A DNA stretch of 64,000 nt from Raja brachyura (lineage: Eukaryota). The stretch spans positions 13,206,001 through 13,270,000 of the forward strand of contig OY740789.1 of NCBI GenBank assembly GCA_963514005.1, in the 5' to 3' direction. Under the pieces are notes generated by a model, which had not been told where the DNA came from, made no database searches, and was given only the letters and a program-made list of their open reading frames with translations. The position numbers and the translations under genes were made by a program. Shown here piece after piece: positions 27,701-41,930 of the stretch (position 1 is its first letter; each line of letters starts with the position of its first letter).

Positions 27701-30700
27701 TAAAAAGAAATTAAAAAATATATACTGGCCTATGGTTTTCCATCTTTGCACTTCCTTCCTTCCTTCATTCCACTAAAGTATCACACGTGCAGTTTTCGAA
27801 ACCACTGGTATTCTCCCTACTCTCTGAGTTTTGAAAATCTTCAACCAAGGGGTCCATTGTCACGGAGTCTACTTTCTTTACAATTTTTAGGTGCAAGCTA
27901 TTGTGTCCTGCTGACTTGTTTGCCTTTGGTCCCATGAGTTTTTCTGATAACATCCTTCATAATGAAGATTTTTCAAGTTTTTACATGTTATTTGAATCTA
28001 GACTAGCTTTTTCAGATTTTTAGTGGGAGGTGACTTGTGGAGCATGACCATCAGATAGTATGTTTAGATCTAGTAAGTGTTTCCCTGTTGATTTTATAGA
28101 TTACTCGTCTCTGCATTGAACCTTCACATGATTTGCAATTTAGTTTACTTTAGAACAGCACAAAAACAGACTCTTCGGCCCACGCCGAGCAGAGATCCCC
28201 GCACACTAACACTATCCTACACACAAGGGACAATTTACAGAAGGAAATTAACCTACAGACCTGCACACCTTTGGAGTGTGGGAGGAAACCGGAGCACCTG
28301 GAGAAACCCACATGGTCATGGGGAGAACGTACAAATTCCTTACAGACAGCACCCGTATTCAGGATTGAAACCAGGTCTCTGGTACTGTAAGGCAGCAACT
28401 CTGCTGCCATGCCGCTAAATATTGGGTCTTATTCGCAGTTTACCTTAAATACACTTATTTAAAAGTTGAAAGTGTCACATCCCGGTCTTTTTGCTTCATT
28501 GAGTTACTACTATGCTATAAGAAAGGCAACTCTGTTTCATCATGAAGTTTACTCTGACATAATTCCCTAACGTTAACTCTCACTGGTGCAAAATACTTGT
28601 ATAAGCAAATGTCCTTGTCAACCTGGATACTAAGTAAATGATTAATTGCTAAGGCTGTTGATTAACATTTTGTGTTCCTTTATAGATGGCTGATCATTGG
28701 GATTCAACTCCACGCCATATGTTGCGTTTAGACATTAGATCGCTCCTCCAAGATGCTGCAATTGAAGATGTAAGAAGCCCAAAATACAGTCAGGCTCAGT
28801 ATTTCATGATAATATTATTTGTTTTTTATTTTTGTTCCTCTGGATTTATTGAAAGATTATAATGGTTTTTGTATGATCTGTATATCAGTTGTAATTGGAG
28901 ATAAAGTCAAAGGGGAGAGGGAAAGATCAGAAGATTTTTGAACAAGTGCAGAGATTTTCCTTTCAGAGAGATGCTGGTGACTGCAGTTAATTCTATCCTA
29001 CGAGTTGTCCATTTTATTTCTTTACAGTCGCAATTTTTGTCCCTCTGTGAATGTAGGTGGTTGTAATTGTATGTAATTGTAATCATTTGAATGGCGTGCC
29101 CAATTCTTCAATTTTGCATCTCATGTAGATTCATGGTTTCATGGTCTTTAATGTCAAATCTGTGCTTCGTTCCTCCAACTGTCTCATTCCAATTCAGGAA
29201 TTTAATTTGTTTCCCTATTTTTGTTGAAAACTAAGTTTTATTGCAGGTTCCATTCAGAAGTGTATCTTGTATCGACATGCCTGAATGATGCAAGTGGATG
29301 ATTTCTGATATTCATAATTAATGAGCTGGTTATTCTGGAGTTCAAGTCAAAATAAAGGGAAGGGGGTTGACAAATCACCTGGAGTGCATGTTTATGCTTA
29401 CTAGTGTTCTACAATTAATAATCATTTGGATGGTGTTCTTTACATGGACCCACAACTCCACGCTTGAGTACCAATCCTTAGTGCAACGAACCAAGGAAGG
29501 AAAAGGAATTCTTAACACGTTTTTTTTTAACCTTCGATGGTCTGATCTTCCATTCTTTAGGTAGAAATGGAGGATTTTGATCCCAGTACTGAGCAACAGC
29601 CACAAGAGTCAGAAGAACAACAAGAAGATGAATCTACGAAGGATGCTGCTGATGAAGAGGAATACGAAACGGTAGGAGATGTCGTCACAGAACTGAATGC
29701 TTTCCCCTCGCATGGAAACCTCTTCCATGTGTATTTTACACTGGTATGCTTGTCAGTAAGAAATTCATTGTGTTCCCATCAAAAAGAGAAGACAACCGAT
29801 GGTGTGGAAATTGTTGGGGTGTTTTTCAATCATCATTTGTGAGATGTTGGTTGTGAAACCTTCGACCTGTTGGCTATGCCCTGCATGTTTTAGGTTTGGT
29901 TATCAGTGGTTATATGATTTTTTTTTTAATCATGCGATGTTCAATTTTGTGTAAAATTATTCTTAAATAAAATAATATATCTCTTAGATTTAATGATATC
30001 TTAGATAAATTTGCAATATCAATATTCAGAGGCAATAGGTTCATAAAAATAATTTTCAATTGCATAATTGGGGCCACATTCAAAATTAGATTGTATTTTT
30101 TTTGAAGGATAGAGCTTGTTATTGTTCATATTGTTGAATCTTTATGTGAGTTCTACATTATTATTGTATTTATGAAGTTGTACAGGCTGAAAATGTCAAC
30201 AACAAATTGAATATCTTCCACTTGGGTGTAAACTTGGGTCCACTTGGGTATAGCTGTCTGTAGAGCATGATTCCAAGAAGTAGTTCTTCTAATGTTGACC
30301 AGTACCAGTGATATGCAGTTTGCAGAAACAATGTTGTTAACAACTGGTCTAAACGTTATGCATACAATTAATTGTAATGGAAATGGTTTATTTTTATTTA
30401 ATACCTCTCATGGCCTCGGAATATCTTGAAATGCTCTGTACACAATTAAATACTTTTGAGGTGGTTATTGCAGTAATGTAAGAAAAGCTACAGCCATGGC
30501 AAGATCCCACAAACAGTAAAAACATAAATCTGTGTTGTATCTGTTTTGTTCTTCATTTGTGGAATAAATGTTAACCAGTTTGTCATTAGTTCTCCCCTGC
30601 ACTCTTCCAAATAATTACACAAGTGATTGTGCACAGATTGTTGTGGCAATTTTCTACGGTTAGGGATGAATGTTAATACAGAGGCAACATCTTCATGCTT

Positions 30701-33700
30701 GTTAGCTATGGCACCTCGAGTTAGTGGTTACAACAGAAGCTCTGCCTGCAGTAAGTGAAGGAGCAGTTGTTGAAGATGTTTGGTAATATAGTGGGGTAAA
30801 TGGGGTTAAGGATACTTGATTGCATGGAGGACAAGTAGCAATGTGATGAAGATGGCCCAGATGGTCTTTTATAAGATTGTGTTGTTTGTCTTTCTTTGTA
30901 GATGCAAAATGTAGTCATAATTTAATCATATTAGTTCATTTTGCATCTACATGCAACTGATGCTTATCGGGCAATGTAACATGTCTCTATTTCTTACTGA
31001 CATGAATACCTAACTAGAACTTGCTCTGAGAGATACCAAGCTACATGAATGTTTTTCTTTCTACAAATTAAGTATCTATCTTATCTGTCTAAACTATCAT
31101 TCAATATTTGCAGCGGATGATCCTATTTAAGATGAAGTATTTGGATCTTATATAAAGATATAATGAAAATTTAAATATTGTAAATTAAAAATACAATTTT
31201 GTATTGTACATTAACGAGTGGAGATGTAGTCATTTTTGTATTAAGGGTAGACAGAAGTGCTGGAGAAACTCAGTGGGTGCAGCAGCATCTATGGAGCGAA
31301 GGAAATAGGCAACGTTTGTATTAAGGGTGTTACTTTCATTTAGTTCTGGATAACCATATGCAGTTGAGATTTTGAATTAACTAAAAACTGAAGCCTTGAT
31401 ATTATGTTGAGCAAAGGACTATGAGGAAAGTGTTACAATGCAGATTCAATACAGGGTTGCTTCACATGTTTTGATAACTTTGCTAGTGTTTGATCTTATG
31501 GCTATCAGTTCCATTAATATCTGTTATTTGACATGAAGAAATGATTTTTTTGGTACAAGTATAATTCCTAAATTATCTAGCCACATGAAATTTCTCACAA
31601 ATACTTAATCGTTGTTTAACGATTTTAAATTGATATGATATTTGGAATGTCACTGGACTTTAATTATTTTTCAAGGTACTTGTTAGAATTTAGTTTTCTG
31701 CTGTTGTTGCATCCATTTATTGCCTAGTTAGTGAACTTTATAAATGGAGCAATATAAAATTAGAAGAGTAATTTATATGCAGCAAAAGAAGTAAGTAGAC
31801 ATATTTGTGTAGAGAAAGTAATAAGCAACTTGATCAGTATAAATAAGGTTATGACCTTGCTCATGGAATTGTAGATAAATGCCTTTTTTGAAAAAAGGAC
31901 ATTAAGTGAAGCTCCATTCCTTCCTTTGTGCCATAGCATTTTGATTCTGTTTGTGCCAAGCATGTGTTTGATTTGTCTTCCTGCTGAAGCAAGATTCATT
32001 ATCTTTCGATACAATATACCATTAAAGATTGCACTCTAACCAGATGAGCTTCTCTGTATGTGTGTGTGTATGATTTAGGGTTTCGTGACAAAAAGCAAAT
32101 GGGAAATGGACACATCGGAGGAGAATCTAGGTAGGTACGATATTTTATGTTTATAAATTGGAAGGTCATGATTTGAGAAATGCACAATACTGTTCATGTA
32201 TCATTACAGTCTATACTGTGCAGTGTTATAACCTATTGATGCTTGGTTTTATTCATAGGATGTGACTTACTGTCTTTTAATGTGTTATGGTATATAATGC
32301 AATCAATTGTCTGTGATTCTGCTATAAGAATACTTCAACGTCTATGTACCTATGCTGCACATAGTTAAACTTGCAAACTGAAAGAACATCACAACTGCAC
32401 TGAGAAGTATAAACTTGTCATAAGCAGTGGATATTTCAAGTGTAATGTAAATGCATTTACATCAATTTGCTGAATGCACAACTATTTAATTGCATGCTTT
32501 TCCTGGTTTAAGAATTCAAAAATATTTGAAATGAACTCATTAGGGCAGAGATTTTAGGCATTGAGCATTCAGAAAAATACATTTTTCTGTCATGGGACCT
32601 CATCTGAAGCCATTGGATTACTCATACACTCAGCCATGATCACATTGAATGGCGGTGCTGGATCAAAGGGCCGAATGGCCTACTCCTGCACCTATTGTCT
32701 ATTGTCTATTTAATCTGGTGTTAAACATAACCTATCAAAGCACCTGTTACTCTGCTCCCAACAACAATCTTGGCAGTGATCAAGATTTTTTAATTAATTA
32801 ATGGATTTGAAATTCAAGCAGAAATTCTACTAACTCTGCCATCATCCTTGCAGTTGGTATCTAATGATGTTTAAATAAATCGAACATTTCTGGAATGGGA
32901 ATTGTCTTATTTAGCTGGTGGTCTGATTTATGTATTTGTATTACTTCAGTATCTAGGAAATAGATTTATAACATGGTCCTTTCAAGTTTAACGTTCATTT
33001 AACATGTTCATTCAACAGTATTCTGCTAGTTAATCACATCGAAGAATTGAATTTTTATTGGGTTTATAACATATGATAAAATTGGATCTATGAAAAATAG
33101 ATCGATTATCCACTTGTCTTCTTTAGTGCTGCAAATCTTTAGTGTGAGTTCTTTTAAATGGTATCATATATGGAAACCCTTTTGATAAGGAAATATTGTA
33201 CAGCTTTGTAGAATATTGTTAACATGTGCCCAATGATTTACAAAGTTACCAATGAAGACCACAACTTGTATTCTAATACAATGTGGTTCTTTTCAATTTG
33301 TATAATTACATTCTAATAGAAAAAGAATCGTAGAAGATAGTGGACCAAATTGTACCCTGCAAATATAGGTATTCCTATTTAACAGACATAAATAACATAC
33401 ATTTTTGATCTTTTGAAAATATGCTGCTCATCACCTTGAGTGGCTTGATTGTTTTGAGATGAAAGAATTAAGCTCGTGACAATTTTTACCAGCCTTCGAG
33501 TGTCAGCTGTTCCTATGTGCAATCCAGGGTTTGCTTTTCAGTCATCAGAGCAATCTTATACCCTTTCTGTATTCCAAGTATCACGACTAGCAAATTTTGA
33601 ATCAAATGCCATTTAATCTGTGGTATCTTGAACCAAACATCTGCATCGTGTTGGTATCTAAAGTTGCAATGTTTTTTCAGTGATGGATAAATTCTAAATC

Positions 33701-36700
33701 ACCCAAAATCAAACTACCAGACCTGATATCTATTACCATAAAACTAACTGGAATATTAATTAATTAAAATGATGATCGTTGAAGTTCCAGTCCATCAAAG
33801 ACTGATGGTCTTTGAAGTTCCTCTGTACATATGCAGTGCACAAAATGCTCAATCATCCCCTGGCCAAACAAATTATAGGAGTGATAGACGGGAACAGGCA
33901 CTTCAGCCTACCTTGTTCATGCTGACCAAGTTGGAATTCTGGGCTCATCGCATTTGCCTGCACTTGGCCCATATCGCTCTGATCGCTTCCCATCCATATA
34001 TTTTTCATATGTCTTTTAAAAGTCATAATTATATCTGCTATGGCTTTCTCTGGCAGCTCATTCCATATACGAACATCCCTCTGAGTGAAGAAGTTGTCCC
34101 CGAGGTTCCTTTTTAAATCTCCCCCACTTTCACCTCAAGCCTCCAGTTTTAGAGTCCTCTGCCCGTGGAAAAATACTTTATCCTTGCCGCTCATGATCTT
34201 GTACACCTCAATAAGGTCACCCTTCAGATTCCTATGGTCCAAATAAAAATATCCCATCAGTGGGAGTTGTGGCTGGTGGTGGTGGTGGAGACAGGGTTGA
34301 GTGATGGTGGAAGAAAAAGACTGTATCCTAAATCAATATCTTTGTAAAAACATGTAGGAAACAAATCTACCATTGAATAACAAATGTTTTTACAATGTTA
34401 GTCTATCTCAATGCCAATGCTTATCATTTCAACAATTTTTCTATCTATTTTTGGAAATGTTTTCTTATACATATTTTCTGGTGTTTAGTTTGATATATGT
34501 TGCACTACTTTGGGTAACTGCTTAATGCAAGATGTGATGTGCAGAATTGGAACATGTGGCATCTGTGCACAACGATGGCACCTGTTATTGTTTTGTTAGT
34601 TTACTGACGTGGTGATCAAAACTATGTCGGGTAAATGTTTTACCTTAATTGTAATGATGCAGTTTATACAATTGAAACTATTCCCTCCCCTGCTCCTAAA
34701 CCACAATTTTTGAAACATCTAGCTTAAGTTTAACATTAATGAAATGTTAATAAAGATGAATTCTGCATTCCATAAAATACAAAAGCGTATAAACCAATTG
34801 TCTTGTAATCACCAATGAATAATGAGTCATCTGATGTGTGCAAATATATGCATTTCTGAAATGGAATATTAATCAACAAGATCATTTCATTAATACATGA
34901 TCGCCAGCTGACGCATTCATTTAAAATGAGTTAAAATATTACACATTATGTACCTTAATCAACTATTGATGGTCTAGGCTGTGATGAATAAGAGCACATA
35001 ATTGTGCTAAAGGCTGTTTTTTAAGTTGCAGCCATGATCACATTGAATGACGGTGCTGGCTCGAAGGGCCGAATGGCCCACTCCTGCACCTATTGTCTGT
35101 CTATTAAATATCTTATCGATCAGAACAATTTTGTACATCTGATAGAAGCACACTGCGAAAAGTTTCCTTATGATTTCCAATTTTCTTGGTTTCTATAAGA
35201 ACTAAATGACCTAAATTCTTCCAGAATAATAAAACAGTGTAATTTTCTATTTGATACTACTGTGGAGATGCAACATATTTGCTTCCACCCAATAGTCATG
35301 AGCTAATTTATGGAAGAAAAATGATACAATTGGACCTTTGGTGTTAGATCGGCTGCTGTGTCTGTTCTTCTATCTTGGACTCAGGACAATATTCTGGTTT
35401 GAATAAGCATACATGCTTTTTTGGTTTTCGAGGATGATGTTTCTTGGCATTTTTGTCTGTTGATATATACATGATCATTATTACCTTTTGTTCATTAAAA
35501 TGTTTCCCTATTTATGGGACCAAATCCCAAAGTATGACTTAAATGCTTAATGTTCAAGGTTTCATGCTGGTGTTTCATTAGATTTCCACAGAGCTTGGAG
35601 AAGTTTTATAATAACAGAATAGATTTTTATTTTTTATGTATGAGCATTTTGTTTTATATTGAATGGTACCAATTATTCAAACTGATCAGTCTGAAAAGGG
35701 GTCCCATCGCAAAATGTTGTCTGTCATCAATAACGGCAGGCCTTCTTTACTACTATCTGTGTGCTGCCACGTTCAGGGAGTTAAGGACCTGTCCCACTTT
35801 CACAACTTAATTCACGACCTCTGCCGAGCTTGCCCTTGACTCGTACACGCAGCATGGTCGTCACGAGGTCGTAGGTAGGTCATAGCAGGCCGTGATGCTA
35901 GTTGTAGGTACTCGTGACATCAAGTAGGTCGGGGCGTTTTTCTAACATGATGAAAAATGTCCACGAATAAAAAAAGGTCGTGAATTAGGTCGTGAAAGTG
36001 GGACAGGCCCTTGATGGACTTGGACCCCAAGATCCCTTTATTCATCAATGCTGTTAAGGGTATTGCCATTAATTGTACATTCAACCTCCTAAAGTGCAGC
36101 ACCTCATACTTACTTGGATTAAACTTAATCTGCCATTTCTCCACTCATTTCTGTAGCTGATGTATATCATGCTGTATACTTTTGACAGCTTTCCTAAGCT
36201 GTCAAAAGTAACCACAGCAATCTTGGTGTCAATGCACGTCTCGAGTAATCCTGGTGAAATCTTTATTGCACATTTGAACAAACTGTGGTCTATGTGACAT
36301 CTCTGCGTAATATTGCTGAAAATCGGAATAATTTACTCCCAATAGCTGTAAAAGTGGAGTCACCATACACAGCTGGTTTGATCCGTAGCACAAGCCCTGT
36401 GTGTTGAGTTTGCCCCGTGACTGGGTGGGTTTCCTTCAGATGCTCGATTTCCACCCACATCCCAAAGACGTGCAGATTTGTAGATGAATTGGCCTCTGTA
36501 AATTGGCCTCTGATGTGTAGGGAGTGGATGAGAAAGTGGGATAACATAGCACCAGTATGAATGGGTGGCCAATGATCATCATGCCTGTTTCCCTGCTAAG
36601 GTTTTCACTTGATCAAATGTTGCGTGAACAACTAATGCTCTTCCAAGCAAACATATCAGTGTAGAAGTACTGTGCCATGATTCCCATGTACCTGGCTAAA

Positions 36701-39700
36701 TGTCATTTAAATGTTGTTATTACACCTGCCTCCAGGGTTTCCTCTGGCAGCTCTTTCCATATTCCCACTGTCCTCGGTGTGTAAAAAGTGTCCTGAAAGT
36801 TTATTTTAAAGCTTCCCACTCTCATCTTAAATCTATGCATTCTAGGTTTACACTCCCCTACACTGGAAAAAAAGACTGTGAACATCCTCCTTATAATTTT
36901 AAGGATAGGGTTCTATAGGGTTACTTGTGAACTTCCAATGTCCCAGCTCTTCCTTTAGTTCAAACCCTACAGTCCTGTTAACATCTTTATTAATATTTTC
37001 TGCACCCTTTCTGGTTTAATACCATCCTTCTTATAGCTGGGTGACCATATACAGAACTCTTTCCCTTGTTTACTGGCATGTTATCTTGTTCAAGCAATTC
37101 TTTCTGGGATTCTGTTTTCTGTTACTTGTAGAAAAATCACAATTTATTTTGGACCAACACCATAAAAAGTAAACAAACTTAATTTATTTAGGTTCTCATT
37201 ACATTTGGCTGTCTAATTAGTACATTTTATAGAAAACTAGTGTATGCAAAAATTTGGATTATATCTGGCAATGTGATTTTGCAGTATATATATTTGGGAT
37301 TCTTTTCCCACTATTTTTTCCAATTTGCTACTTGTAAATCGTGCATGAAATATGGATGTGAACCTGCAAAAATACTGAATCACAGCTTCAATTTTTTTTT
37401 AATTAATTTCAGAGCAAAGCAAAAAAAAATTCTTTGTTTACTTATTTCTATACAATGCAGCCATAATGAAATATAGGCTTCATTACATTGGGGAATGTCC
37501 AGGCAGTTTATAAATGTGAAATGAATGCCTTGTGATTTATAGAAAATGTACCATTTTCATAATGATCACAGTGTCCTTATTAAGATGCAATATTATCAAT
37601 TACTTCTCATTATTAACCAAACCACCTGCTTTGGATCAGAGTAGAATTATAGTGTTAAAGATTCAGCAGATTATATTTTCATGATGATATACTTCTTGTC
37701 TCCATCGCTTAAGAAAAGAGTTGGATTCCCAATGATGTTTTGGTGGTATTAGATTTCCAGTCAGGAACTTATGAATGAAAATCAAATAGAGGAAAAGGAC
37801 CTGAAATAATATTGAAAAATTTTAGCAGATCAGGCAACATCTGTGGAAAGAAAAATAGTTAATGTTTCAGATTGAAAATCTTTTATCAGAACCAAGAAAG
37901 GGAAAGCAAATAAGTCTAAGTGGCCCAGGAAGTCAGGAGAAGCCATGGGTGGAATAAAGGGAATCTCTTCAGTAGGTTGAAATTATGTAGCCATTGAACT
38001 AGAAAGGAGCTTTATCAGATATTTCAACCTATGACAGCTATTCCTTTTCCACGCTTTGCCCTCCCGCACATATTCTTTTACTTCGGTCTACTTTCAATTT
38101 CTCAGTTCTGACAAAGTCTTAGACCTGACAAAACAGGCTCAGTTTTTCCTGCATTTTCTGTTTACTTAAAGGATTTGCATTGCTTAGCTGTTCTTCTTCT
38201 TGTGTATGGCGTGCACAGCCTAAAGTTATAGGACAACTTGTTCTATTTGATCTTATTTGATTGTGCATGCCGGGTTGATTGCAACCTTCACGTGGTCCGC
38301 CCTGTTTCGATGAATGCAATCTTCCACCCCGTTTAGCTGTCACATAGCAGTTTACCAGGATGAAATGCATGGAATTGATAGCTGTATTTAGCATCTAAAT
38401 TGAACAATTGTAGAAGTTGTCTAGGCTCACACTGGAGAAAAGTCGAGCGTTTTCAAGATTTCAAAAGCTACAGATAAGATAAACGTCTCTACCTTGAATT
38501 CACAGATTTTAAAATTGTCTGAGCTTCAAACTTAGATAAAAGGTGATGAAAAATAGTTATGAAGCAATTGTGCAGAATACAGTGTCTGGTATGGACTTAA
38601 CTGAGGAAACAAGAATATTCAAGAGAGTGCTGCATTGCAGTGGTAATGTCAAGAGGCTGTCTTGTAAGAGTTAATTCAAAAGGGATGAATGAATACTTTG
38701 AAATTGATAGGAGGTTTTGCAGAAGGTGGTCATTTTCTGGGAGTGGTTCTATATTTATTAGTCTGATGTGCATGACTACAGTTACATATCTACTGAATGT
38801 GTTCTTTCAATTGATGACTGGGTTTGGTGCACAACATTAACCATGAACTTGTCAGCAATGAAATCTGCACGATAATTGCTGGACTTGCTGAAGTTATGTG
38901 ATATCAGATCAACAACTAATCACTGATCGTGTTACCAGTCAAAACAATGCAAACTTAAATGACTTTAAATAGAAGTGTGGCCTGGAGTTTGTTCATTGGG
39001 TTACATGGATGGAGTTGAATTAAACTCCATGTCAGATTGATAGGTTTATGGATAATTCTTGTTGCCAGCGCACTGGGAATCTTCAACCAAAAGTGGGAAC
39101 TTTCCGTTTTTTCTTTTCTTGTGTTGTCAAAATAGCAATTTCATGCTTTGTGTTTAAACGATTCCATTGATTTCTGTCAAAAAACATGATATCTGATATC
39201 ATCTTGATTCTACAATGATATTAAGAATATTATTCACCAAATAAGTAATTGCTTTATTTTGTTAGATCTAAACATGATAAGTGAATTCAAGTGTTTTTTT
39301 GTTTTGCTGTTAAATATACTTAGAATTACTGGACATAAGCAGGATATGTAACACGAACTAGGAATGTTGAATATGCATTGGATTAACTTTTGGTAAAGAT
39401 TGGGATTAAAGGATGGTAGGGTATTTCTGGGTAGTAACTGGGTAGTTTACACCCCAGCGGTATGAAAATTGGCTTCTCCAATTTCAGGTAGTCCTTGCTT
39501 TCTCCCTCCTTCTTCTCCCATATCCAGCTCTCCCACAGCCTACTGTCTCCGCCTCTTCCTTACTTTTTCCTGACACCCCCCCCCCCCCCGACATCAGCCT
39601 GAAGAAGGGTCTCGACACGAAACGGCGCCTATTCCTTCGCTCAGATTCCTTCACCCGCTGATTTTCTCCAGCTTTGTCTACCAGCGGGATCCCACTACTG

Positions 39701-41857
39701 GCCACATCTTCCCATTTCCTCCTCTGTCGGCTTTCCGCAGAGACCGCTCCCTCCATAGCTCCCTGGTCAATTAGTCCCTTCCCACCCAAATCACTCCCTC
39801 TCCTGGAAATTTCCCTTGCAACCGAAGGAAATGCTACACTTGTCGCTTTACCCCCCTTGACTCCATTCAAGGACCCACACCGTTTTTCCAGGTATGGCAG
39901 AGGTTCACCTGCACCTCCTCCAACCTCATCTATTGCATCCGCTGCTCTAGGAGTCAGCTGCTCTACATCGGTGAGGCTTAGGCTTGGCGATTGCTTTGCC
40001 CAACACCTCCGCTCGGTTCGCAATAACCAACCTGATCTCTCCCGGCGGCTCAGCACTTCAACTCCCCCTCCCATTCCGAATCCGACCTTTCTGTCCTGGG
40101 CCTCCTCCATGGCCAGAGTGAGGCCCACCGTAAATTGGAGGAGCAGCACCTCATATTTTGCTTGGGCAGTTTACACCCCAGCGGTATGAAAATTGACTTC
40201 TCCAATTTCAGTCCCTGCTTTCTCCTCCACTTCCCAGCTCGCCCTCAGCCTAATGTCTCCGCATCTTCCTTTCTTCTTTCCAACCCCCCCCCCCCCCCCC
40301 CCCCCCCCCGCACCCTCACATCAGTCCGAAGAAGGGTCTCGACCCGAAACGTCGCCTATTTCCTTCGCTCCATAGAGCCTCACCCTCTGAGTTTCTCCAG
40401 CATTTTTGTCTACCCATTCACACAAGTTCTGTTATCCCACTTTCCTCACCCACTCCCTACACATTAGGGGCAATTTTACAGAGACCAGTTAACCTACAAA
40501 GCCAATGTGTCTTTGGGATGGGGGAGGAAACCTACATGCTTGCAGGGAGAATGTGCAAATTCAACACAGACAGTGCCCGAGGACAGGATCGAACACAGAT
40601 CTCTGACGTGTGAGGCAGCAAGTCCACCAGCTGTGCCACTATATTTTACTTTCAAACACACAAAAAATTATACGTTGATAACTGGTTACTTAAAAAAAAA
40701 AGAAACTATCCATTTTCAGTCTTAAATCTCTAACATTTGTCCCCCTTTACATTTGTCTCTAAGCTATGTCCCCCTTTACAGCTACTGTATGTTTTAATTC
40801 AGTTCAAGACTATGGGGCAGTACATTGGCCATAAAGTTGCTGCCTAAAATTGCCAGAGACCCGGAATTGATCCTGAATATGGGTGCTGTCTGTATGGAGT
40901 TTGCTCCTTTTCCTTTTGATCGCATGGGTTTTCTCCGGGTGCTCTTCCACATTCCAAAGGTGTGCAGGAACTTTTTTCAGACCCAACCCAAAACGTAATA
41001 TTTTCCTTTTGTCCAGAGATTCTGTCTGACCTGTTGAGTTACTCCAGCTTTTTGTGTCTATCTTCAGTTTAAGCCAGCATCTGCAGTTCCTTCCTACACA
41101 CACGATACTATACGATAGAACTTTAGTAATCCAGTGTGTGTGTGTGTGTGTGGTTATATATTCATATATAAATATACGCTGTCTTGTTTTCTTGTTTATA
41201 ACATTGCTTACAGAGTACCATGTTTACATATTCTGTTGTTCTGCTGCAAGTAAGGATTTCATTGTTCTAACTGGGACGTGAGAGAATAAAACACTCTTGA
41301 CTTGCGTCGCTAATGTGTGGGATAGAATTAGTGTACGGGTGATCGGTGGTTGCGTGGACTCGATGGGCCGAAGGTCCTGTTTCCATGCTGTATCTTTAAA
41401 TTAAATTAAAAACACTAAAACCAGAGGAAATCTAAAGAAGGGTCTCTACCCGAAACATCACCCAATTTCTTCTATCCAGAGATGCGGGCTGCTCCATGGA
41501 GTTCCCCCACACCATTAAAGCATGGAGTAGTCTTCTCCCTACTATAGGTACCCAACCAGATGCAATTAAATTTAAGGTAGCTCTTTTCCCCAAGAACCAT
41601 TTTTTGCTTAAGTCCAAGTCAAGAGTTTTATTGTCGTGTCCCAGATAGGACAATGAAATTCTTGCTTGCTGCAGCACAACAGAATATGTAAACATAATAC
41701 AGAACAGGAGATAAATGTTCAGTGTGTCTATATGTGTGTCTACCTGAGTGCAGGTAGATGGGACTAGGGGAAAATGAATGGTCGGCACGGACTGTAAGGG
41801 CCGAGAAGGCCTGTTTCCGTGCTGTAATTGTTATATGGTTATATACCATAGACGACA

Positions 41858-41930
<73 letters not shown>

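Larger units (their letters stand above)
39438..40415 (+). mobile_element. Penelope-like retroelement fragment: degenerate GIY-YIG endonuclease between two pseudo-LTR copies
   Basis: From ~39922 reads NLIYCIRCSRSQLLYIGE (GIY-YIG), then LGDCFAQHLRSVR and EEQHLIFCLGSLHPSGMKIDF. Direct repeat ~39438-39680 vs ~40161-40415. Confidence 0.85.
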
